Positions 36,684 through 52,596 of a DNA stretch of 64,000 nt are shown here, piece after piece. The stretch spans positions 5,206-69,205 of the forward strand of contig JAMHWA010000034.1 in NCBI GenBank assembly GCA_035911175.1. Reading direction: 5' to 3'. The notes below the pieces were generated by a model. That model was not told the origin of the DNA and searched no databases. It saw only the letters and a list, made by a program, of their open reading frames with translations. Each line of letters begins with the position of its first letter. Position 1 is the stretch's first letter. Source of the DNA: Alphaproteobacteria bacterium (GTDB lineage Bacteria; Pseudomonadota; Alphaproteobacteria; Rickettsiales; UBA3002). The position numbers and the translations under genes are program-made.

Positions 36684-37208
36684 GCCCATCCCTTCGACGG
36701 GGTTCCGAAACAAAAAACAGTCATTGACTGGATGATGTGAAGGAAGATAAAACGTCGAATGCGAAAACGACTGATGCCCTGACGGGCGCTAGAAACGAAT
36801 CGCTGCTAAGTGAATAGTGAATAGGTATCTACAACGCGCTCTAGTAGCGTTGTTCTTAGCCAACATCGTGTCATTGTCTAACCGACAGCGATGTAAGAAC
36901 AACACGCGGCCTAGCTCTTCCCGAGCAAAGCCAATAGCAGCTCTAGAGACGTTGATGCTGATTGTTAAAATTAGTTCGTACCAACACCACGAATAAGCGA
37001 TTTGCGTTTCTTTGTTTAATCATGAAGTTCGAAGGCAGGAGCCGGGTCAAACCGCAGCCTTAAACTCAAGATAGTTAAATATAGGGAAATAAAAGTCTGT
37101 TTTGTTCTGTGCGTGGGGTGCATCATAAAAATCAATCAAGCGCTAAAAAATACTTCATTTTCCTGCATTTTTACAAATGCAGGTGATAATTAAGTAGATC
37201 ATAGATCT

Positions 37209-40001
<2,793 letters not shown>

Positions 40002-40185
40002 AGCATTTCGATTCGTCGAAATCGGCTTGATTGCAAATTTATGATACCCTCACGTACAGTGCAAAGCAGTGCTTTGTTCTGTAGTTAGTGAGTGTCTGAG
40101 TTGAACTAATAGAACACAGCTTGTAGATACCTATAAAATATGGGCGGGAATGAAAGTTCCCGCCCGCTCAAAAGGCCGTTTCGAC

Positions 40186-40304
40186 GGTCTGGTGATTATA
40201 GCGAAGGATGATCCACACGTACCCATTCCGAACACGACCGTGAAACCCTTCAGCGCTGATGGTACTAAGTCTCAAGGCTTGGGAGAGTAGGACGTCGCCA
40301 GACC
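40186..40304 (+). rRNA. rrf: 5S ribosomal RNA
   Basis: GGTCTGGTG...CCCATTCCGAACACGACCGTGAAAC...GGGAGAGTAGGACGTCGCCAGACC. Helix I closes 5' GGTCTGG with 3' CCAGACC. Flanked by an extended complementary stem (AAAAGGCCG.../...CGGCCTTTT). Confidence 0.9.
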
Positions 40305-40340
40305 TTCGAAGCGGCCTTTTGTTATTGAATTCATTATGAA

Positions 40341-40373
40341 AAGCCCCCTGGAAACAGGGGGCTTTTTCGTTTT
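40341..40373 (+). terminator. rho-independent terminator of the 23S-5S unit
   Basis: AGCCCCCTG GAAA CAGGGGGCT followed by TTTTCGTTTT. Confidence 0.8.
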
Positions 40374-40571
40374 ACGAATAAATGCTGAACCAGAGGGATT
40401 TTAAAGCTATTCCTAGTCATCTCAAGCAGAACGCCGACTTCTCTTCTGGTGTCAAATAAATGTGTATTGTGCGCTGCTGATGGTTTCCCATCTGTATTAA
40501 AAAAATCAGAGCTCTCTTAGGTGAATCTTCATCAAATTGTCACGCTTGCTGGCAATGCGTTCAGTTAATCT

Positions 40572-41288
40572 GTGGACATGAAATCGATCACACTTAAACC
40601 CGCAAAGCTGTTCATCTGGGATTTGGATAACTGCATCTATCCGTATGATGACGCGTTCCATCGTGCTTGCGAGGAGGCTGCTGCACGCGCTGCAGTCTCT
40701 CTTGGGTTTAAAGATTCGGGGGAAGGCGCAATAGACCTCGCCAGCCAATCCTATAGAAAATATGGTACTAGTTTTGATATTTTTATCCGCGAGTATGGTC
40801 TGCCAGAAGCGGAAATGCACCGCCGTTACCATGAAGAAGTCTCAACGGATTTCTTAAAACCTGGTCAGCGTCTACTCGCAAGTTTCCGCCAAATTGCCGC
40901 CGCGACGCCTGAGGTTACCCATGTTATCCTAACCCACGGCAGCACCGAATGGGCAAAGCGTGTGTTGGCTGCGCGGGGCTTGAGTCAGTTCTTTAAACCA
41001 GAACATATTATCGGCACGGAGCAACTCAACTTTAGCCGGAAATGCGATGGCATTCATTCCTTTGCTCGTGTGTTGGCGCTGACTGGCCATCAGGCCGAGG
41101 ATGCGATCATGGTTGAGGATACGGCCAAAAACCTGAAGCACCCCAAAGCCATGGGTATGCAGACAGTATTTATCTCTTATGGCAAGGGCGATGGTGATGG
41201 GCACGCGGACCATGTTTTTCCTACAGTACAGGATTTTCTGAGGGCATACCAAAAGCAAATTCCTGTACCAGCACGAAATCGCAACTAA
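40572..41288 (+). CDS. HAD-superfamily hydrolase (pyrimidine 5'-nucleotidase-like, subfamily IA)
   Basis: LFIWDLDNCIY (DxD motif I), ILTHGS (motif II), VEDTAKN (motif IV). GTG at 40572 or ATG at 40578. Confidence 0.7.
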   Translation: MDMKSITLKPAKLFIWDLDNCIYPYDDAFHRACEEAAARAAVSLGFKDSGEGAIDLASQSYRKYGTSFDIFIREYGLPEAEMHRRYHEEVSTDFLKPGQRLLASFRQIAAATPEVTHVILTHGSTEWAKRVLAARGLSQFFKPEHIIGTEQLNFSRKCDGIHSFARVLALTGHQAEDAIMVEDTAKNLKHPKAMGMQTVFISYGKGDGDGHADHVFPTVQDFLRAYQKQIPVPARNRN

Positions 41289-41298
41289 TTACGTACAT

Positions 41299-41336
41299 AA
41301 AAAAGGCCACCGAATTGCTTCGGGGGCCTTTTTCTT
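41299..41336. terminator. bidirectional hairpin terminator between convergent genes
   Basis: AAAAAGGCCACCGAA TTGC TTCGGGGGCCTTTTT, with an A-run and a T-run flanking the stem. Confidence 0.7.
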
Positions 41337-41353
41337 TGTAACTTCCAGATGGC

Positions 41354-41848
41354 TTAGTGGCCAGCAGCGGGTGCTGGTGCTGCAGCCGGTGCCAAAGGTG
41401 GTACAGCATCTGCAGGAGCAGGTGCGGTAACAGGCAATGCGGCAGCAGGTGCGCTAGGTGTAGGCACGGGTGCAGCAGGCGCAGCGGCAGCAGGTGCCGT
41501 GCTGGTCGCAGCAGGTGCAGGAACAGCAACAGGTTCCGCAGCCATAGGCATAGGTTCTGGCTGGGCTTCAACCACAGGCTCTGCGGGTGCTTCCATGCTG
41601 TGTGAGGCAGCCTCTTGTTCAGCTTTGGCGGCAGCGGCAGCTTCACGCTTCTTGCGTGCGCGCTCAGCAGCTGCGGCGCGGGCTTTGCGAATCTGTGCAG
41701 CTTCCTCTTTAATGGCCGCTTTTTCTTCGGCGGTCAGTGGTGCGCTTGCGGCACCAAAGGGGGTGCTGCCAGCAGCAGCAGGCGACGCCATGAAAGCAGC
41801 GCTGGAAAGCGCGGTGGCAGCCAATAAAGCAAAAACGAACGAACGCAT
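41354..41848 (-). CDS. secreted Ala/Pro-rich low-complexity protein
   Basis: 164 aa from the Met at 41848, with GGAGTGACT upstream. Signal peptide MRSFVFALLAATALSSAAFMA. Charged coiled segment, then AP-rich repeats. The longer track ORF N-terminus was discarded. Confidence 0.6.
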   Translation of the reverse strand: MRSFVFALLAATALSSAAFMASPAAAGSTPFGAASAPLTAEEKAAIKEEAAQIRKARAAAAERARKKREAAAAAKAEQEAASHSMEAPAEPVVEAQPEPMPMAAEPVAVPAPAATSTAPAAAAPAAPVPTPSAPAAALPVTAPAPADAVPPLAPAAAPAPAAGH

Positions 41849-42082
41849 AGTCACTCCTAATGATAAGAAATTCGCCACAATGGCGTAGATTGTCCACGCA
41901 AACCCTAGTATTTTCCGCTTCGCAAGCCAAGAGGATTGTGTGATTTGCGCATGGTGCGCGCAGATTTTTTTGCAGTGTGGTTTTATGGCGGCAGCCAAGA
42001 GCCCCCATGCATTTGTCATCAAACCTTCACACTTCTTGGGGCAATAATCACCTATTATTGAGGGTGAAGGAGTCTGCCCAAC

Positions 42083-42946
42083 TTGAAGCAAGAAAATACA
42101 GAGAAAACAATGCCAGAGCCCGCTGTGGAGCTGGCCAAAGGTAAATCGAAAGGTGAAAAGCTGTTCGATCGCGCAGTCTATGGCGGTTTGGCGGGCGTAG
42201 GTACTTTTTTTGCGACATTGTTTCTAGCAGATAAGTTGAAGCATGGCGGTTGGGCTGGGCCACGCTATCAGCGCGCTGTGGAGTGGACGCAGCGCCACTT
42301 GTCGCGCGTACTTCCTAAGGAAACTAGCAAGCAAATCGCAGAAGAGGCGGTGATGACCACTTCGCTGATGATGGGCGGCAACGCCATGATTCTGCCGATT
42401 GGTGCGGCGGAGCACTACAAGGTGCCTATAGTCAGTGGCCTCAACGTGATGATGGGAGATAAAACCCCGCCCGAGGCAGTTGAAAGCGCTCCCAAGCAAA
42501 CATGGGGCAGCCTGATTGAAGGAAGGCTTCTTGCGTGGGGCGCAGTATTTACCGCGCTGATGGGCGCGCGCTTCGCGGTTCCTAAAACATTCGAGTTATT
42601 CCCCCAAGAGGCAGGCCAGCGTACGCACCAATTTATACAAAAGTTGCGTAAGGAGCCAATGTTAGCTGAAGAGGCCATGAAGAAGACTAAGGCGTATCGC
42701 TATGGCGAGATTGGGGCGTTTGATGTGTTCGCAACAGCTGCGGCCGCAACGCTGCTTTATGTCGGCGGGCATTTCTTTGCGCGCAAGCAGGCCGAGAAGA
42801 AGGCGGATCGCTCAGAGCGCTATGCAGGGCGTGAGAAGGCAACCGCGTTGGTGGAGAATGCGCCTACGAAAGCCGTCACTCAGGTTATGGAAGCAACGCA
42901 TGAAGGGCGTGTAAGCACACCAAGCCGCGAGGCGCAGTTAAGCTAG
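42083..42946 (+). CDS. hypothetical membrane protein
   Basis: 287 aa with several hydrophobic segments. TTG start, with GAAGGAG 10 nt upstream, or ATG at 42110. No domain recognised. Confidence 0.55.
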   Translation: MKQENTEKTMPEPAVELAKGKSKGEKLFDRAVYGGLAGVGTFFATLFLADKLKHGGWAGPRYQRAVEWTQRHLSRVLPKETSKQIAEEAVMTTSLMMGGNAMILPIGAAEHYKVPIVSGLNVMMGDKTPPEAVESAPKQTWGSLIEGRLLAWGAVFTALMGARFAVPKTFELFPQEAGQRTHQFIQKLRKEPMLAEEAMKKTKAYRYGEIGAFDVFATAAAATLLYVGGHFFARKQAEKKADRSERYAGREKATALVENAPTKAVTQVMEATHEGRVSTPSREAQLS

Positions 42947-43329
42947 CGCGAGGCCATTACAGGGCGGTTGCAGCGGCGCACGTTGGGGCTTGGGTGGCTG
43001 GCATGCGCAAGGTGCTTCGCCGTAATCGGGCCAACAATACCATCCACCGCAATGCCACGATCACGCTGGAATGCTTTCACAGCCCGCTTGTCGCGTTTGC
43101 CATAATGGCCATCGACAGTGGATTTATAGCCCAGTGCCGCGAGCTTATGCTCCACAACGCCGACCGTGACCGAGGAACTGGTGTAAAGCTTCGATGAGCT
43201 CTTTAAGTACCCGCAATGGTGGATGGTCTGGGTGTTGCTGTCGGCGCCGCCAATATAATCAAGCGACTCCGCGAACGAAGCAAGCGGGGCAAGCATGATA
43301 AGGGCGCACACGGGAAGAATTTTTTTCAT
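42943..43329 (-). CDS. secreted peptidoglycan-binding domain protein
   Basis: 128 aa. Signal peptide MKKILPVCALIMLAPLASFA. GHYGKRDKRAVKAFQRDRGIAVDGIVGPITAKHL has a PG_binding_1-like pattern. Confidence 0.7.
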   Translation of the reverse strand: MKKILPVCALIMLAPLASFAESLDYIGGADSNTQTIHHCGYLKSSSKLYTSSSVTVGVVEHKLAALGYKSTVDGHYGKRDKRAVKAFQRDRGIAVDGIVGPITAKHLAHASHPSPNVRRCNRPVMASR

Positions 43330-43463
43330 AGGTCAGCTCCATTCACTGTATTGTACGATTAGCCAATATAGCTGTGAATGAATAAGAAAGTGTTAACGCC
43401 AATAAGAGGGGTGTTTGTTGCCCCATGTGGCGTAGATGTCGCAGAGGATATGAGGAAAATGAT

Positions 43464-43985
43464 TTAGGCGCGGCCTTGGGTAGGTTCGACACTCGCTGCC
43501 TCACGCGCGGCGAGGATGGCTTGAGCGCGGTCTTTATCGGCCATGCCTTGATCAAGGATTTGCTGGATGCGGTTTTGGCTCTCGACCCCGTGACCCGTAG
43601 CGGCTACCCAGCTTTTTGCTGGAGCTTGGGGGCTATCGAGCGAAGGCTCTTGGCTTTGGTAGATGACAGGGGCGGTGGTGCCAGCAACAGGGACTGGAAC
43701 AATGTTTGTCGTTGATGGTTTGCTCGAGAAGCTATTTTTTGCCCCCATGAGACCAGAAAAAAGCGCGGTTGCGGGAATCATCACAGCCGCAGTCGACATA
43801 AGCGGAGTCAGGAAGGCTGCCATGCCAAATGCGGCGAAGCCACCCGTGAATAACGTGCCTGCTGCAAGCACGCCAGCGACGATGACACTCATCAAGGCGC
43901 CCGTGCCAGCACCCGACAATGCGCCACGCACGAAGCTGCCAGTAGCAGAGGGGCGTTCTTGATGCGTGTTGAAGCTATTTTCCAT
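43464..43985 (-). CDS. hypothetical Gly/Ala-rich membrane protein
   Basis: Three predicted TM helices and a soluble tail ending ...EPTQGRA. Start uncertain (43985, 44048, 44069 or 44111). The longest form overlaps the nth start. Confidence 0.5.
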   Translation of the reverse strand: MENSFNTHQERPSATGSFVRGALSGAGTGALMSVIVAGVLAAGTLFTGGFAAFGMAAFLTPLMSTAAVMIPATALFSGLMGAKNSFSSKPSTTNIVPVPVAGTTAPVIYQSQEPSLDSPQAPAKSWVAATGHGVESQNRIQQILDQGMADKDRAQAILAAREAASVEPTQGRA

Positions 43986-44098
43986 AGTCCAAGTATAGCA
44001 AATAGACCGCCCAATAATGTGACAGTTTTGTGAAGATTCCGAGGGCATGGCATAGGTTTGAGTTGTCATTTCAAGGCGGCTATGCGCATGATTAAGCG

Positions 44099-44752
44099 AT
44101 GAAAAAACCAAGCAAAAAGCTCTCCAAAGCTAGTGCCGATGCTATGTTCAGCACCTTCGCCGCGGCCAATGCGCAGCCAAAAACCGAGCTGGAGGCCCCC
44201 AACACATTTTGCCTATTGGTGGCGATTGTGCTTTCCGCACAGGCGACCGATGTGAGCGTGAACAAAGCCACCAAAGCGCTCTTCGCTGTGGCGGATAGCC
44301 CTCAGAAATTCCTGAAACTCGGTGAGGTGGGGCTGAAAAAATACATCAAAACGATTGGGCTATTTAATACGAAAGCCAAGAACGTGATGGCGCTGTGCGC
44401 GCGGCTAATAGAGGCGTATGATGGAAATGTCCCCACCACGCGTGAGGCGCTCGAGACCTTGCCCGGTGTGGGACGAAAAACCGCGAATGTTTGGCTCAAC
44501 TGCGCACTGGGCTTGCCCACCATAGGGGTGGATACGCATGTGTTTCGCGTCGCCAATCGCCTCGGCCTGTGCGCCACCACCAACCCGCTAGCAACTGAGT
44601 TGGCATTGGAGAAAGCTATTCCCGCGCATTGGAAGCAGCATGCCCACCATTGGCTCATTCTGCATGGGCGGTATGTATGTAAGGCGCGCGCGCCTGAATG
44701 CGGGCGCTGCACGGTAGCCACATGGTGCGCGTTTCCTGAAAAAACGGCATAA
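44099..44752 (+). CDS. nth: endonuclease III
   Basis: 217 aa. HhH-GPD motif LPGVGRKTANVWL. C-terminal 4Fe-4S cluster CKARAPECGRCTVATWC. Confidence 0.9.
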   Translation: MKKPSKKLSKASADAMFSTFAAANAQPKTELEAPNTFCLLVAIVLSAQATDVSVNKATKALFAVADSPQKFLKLGEVGLKKYIKTIGLFNTKAKNVMALCARLIEAYDGNVPTTREALETLPGVGRKTANVWLNCALGLPTIGVDTHVFRVANRLGLCATTNPLATELALEKAIPAHWKQHAHHWLILHGRYVCKARAPECGRCTVATWCAFPEKTA

Positions 44753-44780
44753 AAAAGGGCTGCCTTTTGCAAGGCAGCCC
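44751..44780 (-). terminator. rho-independent terminator for the minus-strand bactofilin gene
   Basis: The minus strand reads GGGCTGCCTT GCAA AAGGCAGCCC TTTTTT. The hairpin also follows the nth stop on the plus strand, without a T-run. Confidence 0.7.
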
Positions 44781-44802
44781 CGTATCATTTATTGAATCTG
44801 CG

Positions 44803-45438
44803 CTACGCCGCTTTTTTGGCGGTGTTTGCACCAGCTTTTGCATCTGCCGCATTGCGGATATTGCCAGAGATTTGGCCACCGCGCTGGATTTCGATTTCAC
44901 CATAGGTGATGTTGCCGCGTACGCGACCCGAGGTGTAAACCGTCAGTTTGCCGCGCACCACAAGGTCGCCTTCGAAGCTGCCAGAGATCTCTGCATCTTC
45001 AACTTCGGCAGTGCCTTTCAGCGAACCAGTTTCAGCGAGTTCAACCGTGTGCACATCGCGCATGGTGGCGTCTACAACACCTTCGATGACCACGCGGTCA
45101 CAGGTGGTGATTTCACCTTTCATTTGAATGTCTGGGCCTACCGTAAGCACGCGCTTGTTAGACGTGCGCGAAGCAGGGTTTGCTGCGGCAGGGCGCGCTG
45201 CTTCACTCGAGGCGAGCGAAGACGGTTGAGAGATCGATGGCATGGCTGGGCGCTGCGCGGAGGCAACGGCAGCTTGTGGCGGTACGGGACGGAAGCTTGG
45301 AGCCGCAGCCTGTGCCGCGGGAGCAACGGGCATAGAAGGCACAGCCGAGGATGCCGCGCTAGCCGGTATTACGGTCGCGCCTTCGTTATCGTTGATCAAT
45401 TCTTCGGTCCCATCTTCCCTACGGCGAAACATGCGCAC
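44803..45438 (-). CDS. bactofilin (second paralogue) with a Pro/Ala-rich N-terminal extension
   Basis: 211 aa. Core IQMKGEITTCDRVVIEGVVDATMRDVHTVELAETGSLKGTAEVEDAEISGSFEGDLVVRGKLTVYTSGRVRGNITYGEIEIQRGGQISGNI. Confidence 0.8.
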   Translation of the reverse strand: MRMFRRREDGTEELINDNEGATVIPASAASSAVPSMPVAPAAQAAAPSFRPVPPQAAVASAQRPAMPSISQPSSLASSEAARPAAANPASRTSNKRVLTVGPDIQMKGEITTCDRVVIEGVVDATMRDVHTVELAETGSLKGTAEVEDAEISGSFEGDLVVRGKLTVYTSGRVRGNITYGEIEIQRGGQISGNIRNAADAKAGANTAKKAA

Positions 45439-45590
45439 TCTCCTTCGTATTTTGGTGGTTGGTTATGTGGGCAGTCGCACCGACTACCGAGCACAGCAAT
45501 CCTAACTAGATTGCCACTGCGCGGCTAGTAAAAAATGCGCGCTCACGCAAAAAAGTGACAGGCCCTATTGAGGCTGCTAGAAGCAACGCT

Positions 45591-46574
45591 ATGGCTGTTT
45601 ATACTACCCTTACCAATGAACAAATTGCGAACCATCTGGAGCAATCCTATGCAGTGGGGGCGCTCGATTTTGCTGTGGGCATTGCGCAAGGGGTGGAGAA
45701 TACAAACTATCTGGTGGCGGTGAAGTCGCCAACAGGAGCGGAAGAGAAATATATCCTTACGCTCTATGAAAAGCGCGTAAATGCTGCAGATTTGCCGTTC
45801 TTTCTTGGGTTGCTTGAGCATGTGGCAACGCAAGGCGTGGCATGCCCTAAACCGATTGTGCGGCGTGATGGCGCATTGGTGGGTGAACTTGCCGGCAAGC
45901 AAGCCTCGCTGGTGAGTTTTTTGCATGGCAAAAGTCGCAGCATTATCCGTAATCCACACGCTGCATCCGTCGGCGATGTACTGGGCGCTTTGCACCGTGC
46001 CACCGCTGGTTTTGCTGCACACCGTGCGAATGCGCTTTCCCTCGTAGGGTGGCAGAAAATCTACGAAAAAATTAAGGGAAGGCTCGATGAAATTCAAGGC
46101 GGCCTCGAGGATTTGTTGCGCTTAGAAATGGAATATGCGGCGCAGCATTTTTCGGAAATCAAAGGACTGCCGCAGGGGGTCATTCATGCGGATTTGTTCC
46201 CCGACAATGTCTTCTTCGAGGGCGATGACGTAAGCGGTGTCATTGATTTTTATTTCGCCTGTAACGATGCGCTGGCCTACGATGTGGCGATTACCCTCAA
46301 CGCATGGTGCTTCGAGCAAAGTGGTGAATTTAGCCCAACGAAATCGAAGTTATTGCTCGCGGCATATCAAAAACAGCGCCCGTTCACGGTGGCAGAAATT
46401 GCGGCATTCCCGACCTTGCTGCGTGGTGCAGCGTTGCGCTTCTTGCTTACGCGCGCGCATGACTGGTTGCATCGTGACCCGAACGCACTGGTGCGTCCGC
46501 ACGACCCTTTGGAGTATGCCAGCAAGTTGCGCTTCCATCAACGGGTGAAGGATGTAGGCGAATATGGCCTCTAG
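45591..46574 (+). CDS. thrB: homoserine kinase, type II (APH-fold ThrB)
   Basis: [11 protein letters not shown]...[14 protein letters not shown]-terminus and [11 protein letters not shown] catalytic loop. The track ORF starts 12 codons earlier. Confidence 0.8.
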   Translation: MAVYTTLTNEQIANHLEQSYAVGALDFAVGIAQGVENTNYLVAVKSPTGAEEKYILTLYEKRVNAADLPFFLGLLEHVATQGVACPKPIVRRDGALVGELAGKQASLVSFLHGKSRSIIRNPHAASVGDVLGALHRATAGFAAHRANALSLVGWQKIYEKIKGRLDEIQGGLEDLLRLEMEYAAQHFSEIKGLPQGVIHADLFPDNVFFEGDDVSGVIDFYFACNDALAYDVAITLNAWCFEQSGEFSPTKSKLLLAAYQKQRPFTVAEIAAFPTLLRGAALRFLLTRAHDWLHRDPNALVRPHDPLEYASKLRFHQRVKDVGEYGL

Positions 46575-47016
46575 CCGTAAAAAAGTAACCATCTATACCG
46601 ATGGTGCATGCAGCGGCAACCCAGGCCCTGGCGGCTGGGCGGCGTTGCTGATGTTTGGTGAAAAGCAAAAAGAAATCAGCGGAGGTGAGAAAGAAACCAC
46701 CAATAACCGTATGGAATTGATGGCGACGATTGCAGCCCTGAAACAACTGAAAGAGCCATGCGATGTGGCGCTCTATACGGACAGTAAATATGTGCTGCAA
46801 GGCTACACCGAATGGCTCGATGGCTGGATTAAAAAGGGCTGGAAAACAGCCGACAAGAAGCCAGTAAAGAACGTTGATTTATGGCAAGCGCTTGAGCAAA
46901 TTGCTGCGCAGCATAAAATTGCTTGGCACTGGGTGAAGGGACATAGTGGCGACACCCATAACGACCGCGTGGATGCGCTAGCGGTGGAGCAGGCACAAAA
47001 ATTTAAGGCAATGTAA
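46564..47016 (+). CDS. rnhA: ribonuclease HI
   Basis: 150 aa. [44 protein letters not shown]. Confidence 0.9.
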   Translation: MASSRKKVTIYTDGACSGNPGPGGWAALLMFGEKQKEISGGEKETTNNRMELMATIAALKQLKEPCDVALYTDSKYVLQGYTEWLDGWIKKGWKTADKKPVKNVDLWQALEQIAAQHKIAWHWVKGHSGDTHNDRVDALAVEQAQKFKAM

Positions 47017-47037
47017 CAACCCATTCATGGAGAATTT

Positions 47038-47468
47038 ATGAAACGTATTTCCTATGCAGCATTGTCGCTAGCGCTACTAGCATCTCCCGCCTTTGCACTA
47101 AAGGTAACCAATCTCGATACGGTGGCTCACCGTGTGGAGCTATCGGGTCGCGGTTCGCCCGAAGTACGCATAATCGAGCCCAATGAGACTGAGCAATTCT
47201 TTGGCGCAGCGCAGGGCTTTTTGTCACTCTTACCGCTCGAGGAAGTGGCAACTGAGGCGCCCCAATCGAAAAAGAAAGCCAAGAAAAAACCTAGCAAGAA
47301 AGCTACGTCTGCAAAGGCTGGCAGCATCGTCCATGCGGATGGCCTTTTATCGGGCATCATTGGCAACGAGCGCACCAGCGGCATCCCCGCTGATCCTGAC
47401 CATAGCTATACCATCTGGCGGGGTGGCAAGTTAACCGTGCAGGGGCGCATGAAGCGCCACGGCTACCG

Positions 47469-47472
<4 letters not shown>
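47038..47472 (+). CDS. hypothetical secreted protein with a Lys-rich centre
   Basis: 144 aa. GGAG lies 7 nt upstream. Signal peptide MKRISYAALSLALLASPAFA. SKKKAKKKPSKKATSAK tract. Confidence 0.6.
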
Positions 47473-50165
<2,693 letters not shown>

Positions 50166-50170
50166 GGTGG

Positions 50171-52174
50171 TTATCCTTCAATTTTAGAAAAATCGGCGAT
50201 GTGTAGTGTAGCCTCTCGCACGGCGGCAAGCAAGCCCAAGCGCGCATCGCGCTTGCCTTCCTCGGTGACCATGAGGTCGGTAAAAAACTGTTGAATGGGC
50301 GCGGCGAGGCGCTCCAAGCAGGCAGGGCCTGCAGCCGTATTTTTTTGTGCCTCTGCAAGTGCGGCCACCAAGGCTTTTTCCGATGGTTCCACCGCGCCGC
50401 TAGTGCTGGGCGCAAAGGTGGTTTTCGATTTTTTCTCCTCGGCAGCGAGAATGTTCATTGCGCGCTTGATTGCGGCGAGGGTTTCGGTGCCAGCGGGGGC
50501 GGAGAGCCATTCATCGAGCAGCCTTGCCTTGGCAAAAATCAATTCACTCACAAAGGTTTCATTCGTTTCTGGCATAACAGCCTCAATAACATCGTGCCGA
50601 TAGCTTTGTTCTTTGAGGAGTTGCTTAAGACGATCTTTGAAGAACTCGATAACTTCCTTGCGGACTTTTGTATCGATGAGAGGGGCGATATCCAGATTGC
50701 GTTTATGACGATTCAATATCCGTAGTACACCTAACGCCGCACGGCGGAGTGCCAGCGGGTCTTTGCTGCCCGTTGGTTTTTCACCTGCCTTGAATAGTTC
50801 TCCAATAGAATCGAGCTTGTCGGCAATCGCGATAATTCCAGAAAGCTCGGACTGCGCGGTCAATTCCTTTGCATCTGCGGCAGAAGCTCCCCGAGGCACG
50901 TAGTGGTCACGAATCGCATCGGCGACAGCGTCATTTTTGCCCTGAGCCTTAGCATAGTAGCGACCCATGATGCCTTGCAGCTCGGGGAATTCGCCGACCA
51001 TGCCTGAGGTTAGGTCGGCCTTGCAAAGCTGTGCAGCGCGTCGAACGGCAATCTTATCTTCAAAGCTAATGGCGTCTGCGATATCTGAGGCCAAAGCCTC
51101 AATCCGCTCTACCTTTTTATTCATCATGCCCACTTTGGCGTGGAAGACGACATCCGATAATTTCTTGCCCCACTCTTCGAGGCTGGTTTTGCGGTCTTGT
51201 TCCCAATAAAACTCACCATCGGCGAGGCGGGCGCGGACGACGCGGGCGTTGCCTGCCTTCACTTGTGCGCCACCATCCGCATTCACCATGTTGGCGACGG
51301 TGATGAATTGGTTGGTGAGCTTGCCGTTCGCGTCCACGAGGGCGAAATAGCGCTGGTGGTTTTTCATTTCGGAAATCAGCACTTCTGGCGGCAAATCGAG
51401 GAATTTTTTGTCGAATTCGCACAGCAGCGGCACAGGCCATTCCACCAGCCCTGTCACCTCGTTCAGCAAATCTTCATCCTCCACCATGCCGAGTTTGGCG
51501 CCAGCGGCGACTGCAGCAATTTCAGCCGCAATTTTCGCGCGGCGTGCGGCGAAATCGACGATGACTTTTGCATCGCTCATCAGCGCTTCGTATTTCTCGG
51601 CGTGTGCAACAGTGATTGGTTGAGGCGCAAGGAAGCGGTGGCCTTCCGTGACATTGCTGGCGGTGAGGTGCGCGAACTGCAGCGGTACGACCGCTTCGTC
51701 GAGTAGGCACGTGATACGATGTAATGGGCGCACCCAAGCCAGCGGGCGCTTGTCGCGGCTGCCCCAATGCATGGATTTTGGCCATGAGAACGCAGTGAGT
51801 GCGCTTTCGCAAATTTCTTTCACCACATCGGCGACGGCGCGGCCTTTGCGTTCGATGGTGGCGTAATAATAGCCATCGCGCTGTTCGCACTGGTCGAGGG
51901 TGAGGCCGCTCGCGGTCAGGAAGCCTTTCAAGGCTTGCTCCGGCGCGCCGATTTTGGGGCCGCGTTTTTCTTCCTTCACATCCGGCTGGATGGTGGGAAG
52001 GCCGAAACATTGAATGGCCAAGTGGCGCGGGCTGACGAATGTCTTCACGTCGCTGGGTTTCAGCATATTTTTTTCAAAGCCAGCAGCGATGAGACGCTGC
52101 AATTGCTCCGCCGCGGCGCGCTGCATGCGGCTGGGGATTTCTTCCGAGAAAAGTTCGAGGAGAAGGGTGGCCAT
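50171..52174 (-). CDS. glyS: glycine--tRNA ligase beta subunit
   Basis: 667 aa. MATLLLELFSEEIPSRMQ N-terminus typical of GlyS. The start overlaps the panD stop (TAATG). Confidence 0.9.
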   Translation of the reverse strand: MATLLLELFSEEIPSRMQRAAAEQLQRLIAAGFEKNMLKPSDVKTFVSPRHLAIQCFGLPTIQPDVKEEKRGPKIGAPEQALKGFLTASGLTLDQCEQRDGYYYATIERKGRAVADVVKEICESALTAFSWPKSMHWGSRDKRPLAWVRPLHRITCLLDEAVVPLQFAHLTASNVTEGHRFLAPQPITVAHAEKYEALMSDAKVIVDFAARRAKIAAEIAAVAAGAKLGMVEDEDLLNEVTGLVEWPVPLLCEFDKKFLDLPPEVLISEMKNHQRYFALVDANGKLTNQFITVANMVNADGGAQVKAGNARVVRARLADGEFYWEQDRKTSLEEWGKKLSDVVFHAKVGMMNKKVERIEALASDIADAISFEDKIAVRRAAQLCKADLTSGMVGEFPELQGIMGRYYAKAQGKNDAVADAIRDHYVPRGASAADAKELTAQSELSGIIAIADKLDSIGELFKAGEKPTGSKDPLALRRAALGVLRILNRHKRNLDIAPLIDTKVRKEVIEFFKDRLKQLLKEQSYRHDVIEAVMPETNETFVSELIFAKARLLDEWLSAPAGTETLAAIKRAMNILAAEEKKSKTTFAPSTSGAVEPSEKALVAALAEAQKNTAAGPACLERLAAPIQQFFTDLMVTEEGKRDARLGLLAAVREATLHIADFSKIEG

Positions 52175-52596
52175 TATTTCGTTACCGTCTTTTTCTTCGC
52201 GGGCGTTTTGGCCGCGCGTTTAGGGTCGATCATCGCTTTGGTGCGCATGGGTTTTACCTTATTGCCCGCGCCCAGAATGATGACAGTGGGTTGGTGCTTT
52301 TTGGCTTTCTTAGGCTCCATGCTGGCATAGGCGCAGACAATCACGCGGTCGCCTTTTTTGATGAGGTGGGCGGCGGGGCCGTTCATGACGATGTGGCCGC
52401 TACCTGCGGGGTATTCCAGCACATAGGTGGTGAGGCGTGCACCATTGGCGAAGTTGAGGACATCCACCCGCTCGTGCGGCAACAGGCCCGCTGCATCCAT
52501 CAAATCGCGCGGGATGCCGATGGAGCCTTCATAGTTCAGGTTCGCGTCCGTCACCGTCGCGCCGTGGAGTTTGCATTTGAGGAGGGAGAGGTACAT
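52174..52596 (-). CDS. panD: aspartate 1-decarboxylase with a Lys-rich C-terminal extension
   Basis: [28 protein letters not shown] contains the Gly-Ser self-processing site. The start is set at the Met aligning with E. coli PanD. The tail ...KRAAKTPAKKKTVTK is extra. Confidence 0.85.
   Translation of the reverse strand: MYLSLLKCKLHGATVTDANLNYEGSIGIPRDLMDAAGLLPHERVDVLNFANGARLTTYVLEYPAGSGHIVMNGPAAHLIKKGDRVIVCAYASMEPKKAKKHQPTVIILGAGNKVKPMRTKAMIDPKRAAKTPAKKKTVTK

Noticed and set aside
37027-37033. GTTCGAA (T-loop-like) in the rRNA leader, as a sign of a spacer tRNA.
   Set aside because: The flanking bases do not form a T-stem and no cloverleaf can be drawn. The leader has no tRNA.
41849-42091. 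81-codon N-terminal extension of the Ala/Pro-rich protein ORF.
   Set aside because: The Met at 41848 has an SD and starts a canonical signal peptide. The extension has no support.
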